Part shown: positions 35,830 to 40,414 of the stretch, piece after piece | Layout: each line of letters opens with the position of its first letter | Position numbering within the stretch: the first letter of the stretch is position 1 | NCBI GenBank assembly: GCA_028715315.1 | Contig: JAQUSA010000001.1 | Coordinates: forward strand, 1-40,414 | From: Candidatus Omnitrophota bacterium | GTDB lineage: Bacteria > Omnitrophota > Gorgyraeia > Pluralincolimonadales > Pluralincolimonadaceae | DNA length: 40,414 bases | Direction of reading: 5' to 3' | Notes under the pieces: model-generated | The model's input: only the letters and a program-made list of their open reading frames with translations | Told to the model about the DNA's origin: nothing | The model's database searches: none | Translations under genes and position numbers: made by a program

Positions 35830-36624
35830 ATGGACTGGGGCATAAAGAACCGCCTAAGCCGCATAATTAAGAAGGACGGCCGCACCGTAATGCTCGCGGT
35901 CGACCACGGGTATTTCCTCGGGCCCGTATCGAAACTCGAGGACCCCGCGAAGACCATAAAGCCGCTCCTGCCCTATACCGACGCGCTTATGCCTACGCGC
36001 GGCGTGCTGCGCAACTGCGTGGACGCGTCGAACGATATACCTATAGTCCTTAGGGCCTCCGGAGGCAACAGCATAATCGGGGAGGACCTGTCCAACGAGG
36101 AGATCACCGTATCTATGAAGGACGCGGTCCGCCTGAACGTATCCGCGGTCGCGTTCTCTGTATATATCGGCTCGAAGCATGAGCACCAGACCTTAATAAA
36201 TTTCGCGAAGCTCGTCGACGAAGGCATGGAATACGGGATGCCCGTACTGGCCGTGACCGCCGTCGGGAAGGAATTGGAAAAGAGGGACGCGCGCTACCTG
36301 TCGTTGTGCTGCAGGATGGCTGCGGAGATGGGCGCGAGTTTCGTGAAGACGTATTACTGCGAGGATTTCGGCAAGGTCATCAAGAGCTGCCCGGTCCCGG
36401 TGGTCATAGCCGGAGGGCCGAAGCTTAAGACCGAATACGACGCGCTGGAGATAGCATGCGACGCGATAAAGCTCGGAGCCGCGGGCGTTGACATGGGGCG
36501 CAATATCTGGCAGTCGGAAGACCCCGTGGCCATGATCAAGACGGTCAGGGCTATCGTGCACGAAGGCATCCCGTTCAAAAAAGCGCAGGATATGCTTAAG
36601 GGTTTGAGAAAAAGATCCGCTTAA
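35830..36624 (+). CDS. class I aldolase, DhnA/FbaB/LsrF family
   Basis: RIIKKDGRTVMLAVDHGYFLGP, the Schiff-base lysine context SFVKTYY, VVIAGGPK. 264 aa. Confidence 0.75.
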   Translation: MDWGIKNRLSRIIKKDGRTVMLAVDHGYFLGPVSKLEDPAKTIKPLLPYTDALMPTRGVLRNCVDASNDIPIVLRASGGNSIIGEDLSNEEITVSMKDAVRLNVSAVAFSVYIGSKHEHQTLINFAKLVDEGMEYGMPVLAVTAVGKELEKRDARYLSLCCRMAAEMGASFVKTYYCEDFGKVIKSCPVPVVIAGGPKLKTEYDALEIACDAIKLGAAGVDMGRNIWQSEDPVAMIKTVRAIVHEGIPFKKAQDMLKGLRKRSA

Positions 36625-36637
36625 CGGTCGAGGCATA

Positions 36638-39394
36638 ATGTTCGAAAACCTGTTCTCCAAGAACGAAGACTGGATCAAGCACGATAGGAATTGTTTCAAG
36701 CTGCTCGATGACTTCGGGGTCGGGGTGGCCGTCATCAGCGCGAGTATGGAGATCATCGCGCTGAACAAGGTAATGAAGAAGTGGTTCCCCGCGGTCGATG
36801 TCAGCAAGCAGCCTATATGCCATAAAGCCTTCAACTTCCCTCCCAGGAATTCCATCTGCCCGTATTGCCCGACGATTAAGACGTTAGATGACGGCAAGGC
36901 CCATGAGGCCGTCACGGAAACCCCTTATGGCGGGAAGGTCATCAATTACCGCATAGTCTCTTCCCCGGTCGAGAACGAAAGGGGGGAGGTCATAGCGGCG
37001 ATCGAAGTGGTCGAGGACGTCACGGATAAACTCTGCGCGGAAAGGCAGATGAGGGACGCCGAGAGCCTTTACCATGCCACGATCAACTCACTCAATTACC
37101 CGATACACGTAGTTGACGACAAATTGAGGATAATATTCATAAACGACTCCTTCAAGGCCTGGAGAAGGAGCCTCGGCCTGAAAACCGATATAGTCGGAAT
37201 GGACGTCTTCAAGGCGTTCCCTTTCCTGCCGGAAAAGGCCAGGGAGGAATACAACACCGTATTGCGCAGCGGCAAACCCCTGACGACCGAAGAGGCTATC
37301 CGGCTTGAAACGGGAGATGTCGTAACGGAAACGCAGAAGATACCGATCCTCGAGCAGGGCAAGACGATAAAGATAATAACGGTAGTGCTGGACATAACTC
37401 GCCCAAGGAGGAACGAGGCGCTGCTCAGGGATATCAGGCGCCAGCAGGAAGCCATCCTGAACAACATACCGGACATAGCGTGGCTTAAGGACAGGGAGAG
37501 CAGGTTTATTGCCGTGAACGAAGCCTTCGGGAGATCCTGCGGCATGGATCCCGCCGATATCCCCGGGAAGACCGACTTTAACCTGTGGCCGAAAGAGCTG
37601 GCCGAAAAGTACCGGGCCGACGACAAGGAAGTGGTGGCCTCCGGGAAAAGAAAGATGGTTGAGGAGCGCTTAGTTGAAAAAGACGGGAATAATATCTGGA
37701 TCGAGACTATAAAGACCCCGGTTCGTGACGATAAAGGCAATATTACCGGCACGACGGGCATCGCGAGGGACATAACCCTGAGGCGTTCGCTCGAGGGCAA
37801 GGTCAAGGAGTCCGAGGAGAAATACAGGAAGCTTTTCGAGGCTGCCAACGACGCCATCATTATAGCGGATATGAAGACGGGCAGGATCGTTGATGTCAAC
37901 AGGCAGGCGGAAGAGCTTACCGGGCGGTCGAGGCAAGAGCTCATCGGCATGCACCAGACCGAGCTGCATCCTCCGGAGGAATCGGATGATTACAGGGAAA
38001 AATTCAAGAATGTCGTCAGGGAGGCTATAGAGACTGAAGGCAAAAGGGTGCCGTATATCGATGGGGAGGTATTCAACTCGAAGGGCGAAAAGATCCCCGT
38101 ATTAATAAACGCGTCCATGCTCGAGATCGGCGGCAGGGATGTCGCCCAGGGTGTCTTCAGGGATATGTCGGAGGTCAGGAAGATAGAACGCGAGAAGAAA
38201 GAGGCTGAGGCCCTGGCCCTTATCGACCCGCATACCCAGCTTTACAATTACAGGTATTTCCAGAGGAGGATACATTCGGAGTTCGAGCTCGCGAAGAGGC
38301 GCTCGACGCCGCTTTCCATCCTGATGGTGGATATAGATTATTTCAAATCGGTCAACGATACATTCGGGCATGAATTCGGCGATAACGTGTTGCAGGAGTT
38401 CGCGATGGTGCTGCAGCATACCTGCAGGGGTATTGACGTGGTCACGAGGTTCCAGGGCGAGGATTTCGCTATCATACTGCCGGATACGGACGGAAGGGGC
38501 GCTTTCATCTTTTCCGAGAGGATACAGAAGATAATAAAGAAACACCGGTTCGGGAAATTCAAGGTAAAGCTCAGGATCAGCATCGGGGTCGCCTCGTATC
38601 CCGAGGACAATATCACTACCGTGGACGGCCTTGTTACCGCCGTGGAGAAATGCGTGCGCCTCGCGAAGGACCAGGGCGGGAACACGATAACGACGAGCGC
38701 GCAGCTGCGGAAGAAAAAGGCGGAGAAGGCTCCCACCGACGAGGAATCTAATGAGCGCGTCGGCGCCATAACGAAGAAATTCATGGACCTGCTGCACCGC
38801 AACAGGCGGAATACGATAGAGGCGGTATACGCGCTTGCCCATACGGTCGGCGCGAAGAACGCGTACACGGAAGAGCATTCCGAGGATATGGTCAAGTACA
38901 GCACGGAGATCGGCAGGAAGATCGGCCTGTCCGAAGAGGATATAGAGGATATAAGGCACGGGGCGATGCTCCATGATATCGGCAAGCTCGGGATCAGCGA
39001 GAAGATATTGCTAAAACGCGGCAAGTTGACAAAGAAGGAATATGATATAATAAAAAAGCACCCGCAGATAGGCGCCGATATAATCAGGCCGGTGCATTTC
39101 CTCAAGAACGTGGTGCCGATAATACTCCACCATCATGAGAGGTATGACGGATACGGGTACGGCTCGAAGTTAAGGGGGGAAGAGATACCGGTAGGCGCAA
39201 GGATAGTAGCGGTGGTCGATGTATACCAGGCCCTCGTATCGAACAGGCCTTACAGGAAGGCCTATCCGAAGAAGGAGGCGCTGAAGATAATAAAGGAAGA
39301 ATCGGGGACCCATTTCGACCCGGCGATCGTGAAGGTCTTCCTGGATATCCTGGCGAAGGAAAAGGAAAAGAAAACAAGGAGGAGAGCGAGATGA
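36638..39394 (+). CDS. multidomain c-di-GMP signalling protein: Cys-rich PAS + 3 PAS, degenerate GGDEF (QGEDF), variant HD-GYP (GYG)
   Basis: PAS/PAC repeats (for example NIPDIAWLKDRESRFIAVNEAF...GIARDIT). GGDEF domain DIDYFKSVNDTFGH..GD...RFQGEDFAIILPD. HD-GYP domain HSEDMV...MLHDIGKLG...HHERYDGYGYGSKLRGEEIPVG. Confidence 0.85.
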   Translation: MFENLFSKNEDWIKHDRNCFKLLDDFGVGVAVISASMEIIALNKVMKKWFPAVDVSKQPICHKAFNFPPRNSICPYCPTIKTLDDGKAHEAVTETPYGGKVINYRIVSSPVENERGEVIAAIEVVEDVTDKLCAERQMRDAESLYHATINSLNYPIHVVDDKLRIIFINDSFKAWRRSLGLKTDIVGMDVFKAFPFLPEKAREEYNTVLRSGKPLTTEEAIRLETGDVVTETQKIPILEQGKTIKIITVVLDITRPRRNEALLRDIRRQQEAILNNIPDIAWLKDRESRFIAVNEAFGRSCGMDPADIPGKTDFNLWPKELAEKYRADDKEVVASGKRKMVEERLVEKDGNNIWIETIKTPVRDDKGNITGTTGIARDITLRRSLEGKVKESEEKYRKLFEAANDAIIIADMKTGRIVDVNRQAEELTGRSRQELIGMHQTELHPPEESDDYREKFKNVVREAIETEGKRVPYIDGEVFNSKGEKIPVLINASMLEIGGRDVAQGVFRDMSEVRKIEREKKEAEALALIDPHTQLYNYRYFQRRIHSEFELAKRRSTPLSILMVDIDYFKSVNDTFGHEFGDNVLQEFAMVLQHTCRGIDVVTRFQGEDFAIILPDTDGRGAFIFSERIQKIIKKHRFGKFKVKLRISIGVASYPEDNITTVDGLVTAVEKCVRLAKDQGGNTITTSAQLRKKKAEKAPTDEESNERVGAITKKFMDLLHRNRRNTIEAVYALAHTVGAKNAYTEEHSEDMVKYSTEIGRKIGLSEEDIEDIRHGAMLHDIGKLGISEKILLKRGKLTKKEYDIIKKHPQIGADIIRPVHFLKNVVPIILHHHERYDGYGYGSKLRGEEIPVGARIVAVVDVYQALVSNRPYRKAYPKKEALKIIKEESGTHFDPAIVKVFLDILAKEKEKKTRRRAR

Positions 39395-39945
39395 AGTGTA
39401 TTTTAGGAGCGGCCGCTATCATGCTTACTTTATGCGGGCCGGTATACGGCGAAGGTAATATAGTGCCTAACGCGAGTTTCGAGGAACTCAAGGGTTTCGA
39501 CGGGGAGAATCCCGCCGGGTGGTGGTCCTGGAACTCCGATTATAACGGGCTGACCACCGAAGCCAAGAGGACGGGTGACCAGTCGGTATCTATAAGCGCC
39601 GAGGCCAACACCGAGACCCACAGCGGGGTCCTGTACCGTTACCGGAACGTCGTCCCCGGAAAGACCTACGTATTTTCATGCTTCGTGCTGAATTCGGCCA
39701 ATAACCCGATAACCGGCGGCGCCTACGGGCAGTTGAGCATTGAATGGCTCAAGAACGAGAAAGAGATAGAGCGCACGTGGGGCGTCACGTGGGGGCCGGA
39801 CGTCTCAATGACCGACTGGAAACAGGTCGAGATGACGGCGGTAGCCCCCGCGGATGCGGATGCGTGTAATTTTGTCATCCAGTTCTTCCGCAAGGACGGC
39901 TCGGGCGGATATTATGCGGACGATGTGATGGTTGAGGAAAAATAA
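39391..39945 (+). CDS. secreted carbohydrate-binding-module-like (CBM4_9 / galactose-binding-like) protein
   Basis: Signal peptide, then NIVPNASFEE....W..WN........EAKRTGDQSVSI...GKTYVFSCFV...YGQLSIEW...ADDVMV. ATGA overlap with the upstream gene. Confidence 0.6.
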   Translation: MKCILGAAAIMLTLCGPVYGEGNIVPNASFEELKGFDGENPAGWWSWNSDYNGLTTEAKRTGDQSVSISAEANTETHSGVLYRYRNVVPGKTYVFSCFVLNSANNPITGGAYGQLSIEWLKNEKEIERTWGVTWGPDVSMTDWKQVEMTAVAPADADACNFVIQFFRKDGSGGYYADDVMVEEK

Positions 39946-39975
39946 AAGATATGTTGGTTAGAAAGGCATGCCACT

Positions 39976-40414
39976 ATGTTTAGGCCGATATTAGTCATTT
40001 GCCTCGCCGCGGCGATCTTCTCGCCCTTTGAAAGCGCATGCGCGGTCATGATAGGAAGAAACCTGCTTGTGAACGAAAGTTTCGAGAACCGTCCGGGTTT
40101 CAAGGACCAGGACCCGCGCGATTGGGGTGCGTGGAACAATTCCTTCAATGGCCTTTCCACGACCGAGAGGAGGAAGGGCCAGCAATCTGTTTACTTTTTA
40201 TGCCCGAAGCAGGGAGATTCCACGGGAGTCTTCTATACCTACAAAAAGGCCAAACCGGGCAACAAATATATCTTCCGCTGCTATGTGATGAATTCCCGCG
40301 AGGACCCGGTAAAGGGGGATGCCTTCGGCCAGCTGAGCATCGAGTGGAGGAAGACGACAAAGGATAAGGATAATAAGGACGTGCAGGTCGAGATAAGCAG
40401 GGATTTCGGGCAGA
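39976..40414 (+). CDS. paralog of the preceding CBM-like secreted protein (N-terminal part; 3' end outside the window)
   Basis: Not in the ORF track because it has no stop inside the window. My translation from ATG 39976: MFRPILVICLAAAIFSPFESACAVMIGRNLLVNESFENRPGFKDQDPRDWGAWNNSFNGLSTTERRKGQQSVYF...GNKYIFRCYVMNSREDPVKGDAFGQLSIEWRK..., collinear with the 39391-39945 product. Confidence 0.6.
   Translation, partial: MFRPILVICLAAAIFSPFESACAVMIGRNLLVNESFENRPGFKDQDPRDWGAWNNSFNGLSTTERRKGQQSVYFLCPKQGDSTGVFYTYKKAKPGNKYIFRCYVMNSREDPVKGDAFGQLSIEWRKTTKDKDNKDVQVEISRDFGQ

Noticed and set aside
1-40414. Search for tRNA/rRNA genes, CRISPR arrays, transposases, integrases, toxin-antitoxin pairs or known defence-system genes.
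   Set aside because: The longest non-coding gaps are about 200 nt (18453-18658) and about 110 nt (13013-13123). Neither contains cloverleaf-type or spaced-repeat structure, and no ORF shows nuclease, integrase or transposase motifs. I see no evidence for a mobile element or defence island here.

Overview
Compact 40.4-kb chromosomal segment from a bacterium with an outer membrane (porin, lipoprotein and YdbH/YnbE-type genes are present). It looks moderately GC-rich, with heavy ATA (Ile) and AGG (Arg) codon use; I cannot assign a taxon from the sequence alone. I call 45 protein-coding genes, two cut by the window edges, plus one gene relic. 44 of the 45 genes are on the + strand, and many are joined by ATGA/GTGA/TAATTG start-stop overlaps. 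Blocks in order: (1) DUF900 hydrolase, DUF2007, a secreted discoidin-GH enzyme, a transglutaminase-like protein, MsrB fused to a dead MsrA-like domain; (2) stand-alone TrpB2, a GH94-like phosphorylase, a miniature YdbH-like protein plus a fused YnbE-YdbL lipoprotein, DUF167, HAD phosphatase; (3) a complete Pho supercluster phoB-phoR-porin-pstSCAB-phoU with candidate Pho boxes; (4) a metY C-terminal relic, then cysK-nifS-nifU, a PNPOx-like protein, a small export protein, cstA, a HI0933-type flavoprotein, maf, a methyltransferase; (5) an SOS cassette lexA-small ORF-dinB; (6) the only minus-strand gene (tandem HD-GYP); (7) rluA-type synthase, SYLF protein, yjbQ, an orphan radical SAM/SPASM enzyme, a pyruvate kinase lacking its C-terminal domain, FmdB zinc ribbon, Zn-ADH, LemA, a class I aldolase; (8) a PAS x4-GGDEF(degenerate)-HD-GYP(variant) protein translationally coupled to two tandem secreted CBM-like paralogs. 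I found no tRNA, rRNA, CRISPR array, transposase, integrase or recognisable defence genes. This reads as core chromosome, not an island. The most unusual items are the minimised YdbH / YnbE-YdbL envelope module, the lexA-small ORF-dinB cassette with a spacer-embedded palindrome, several apparently leaderless transcription units, a conserved three-copy terminator hairpin family, and several pseudo-enzyme or truncated-domain proteins. All family assignments come from motif recognition by eye and need HMM or BLAST confirmation.
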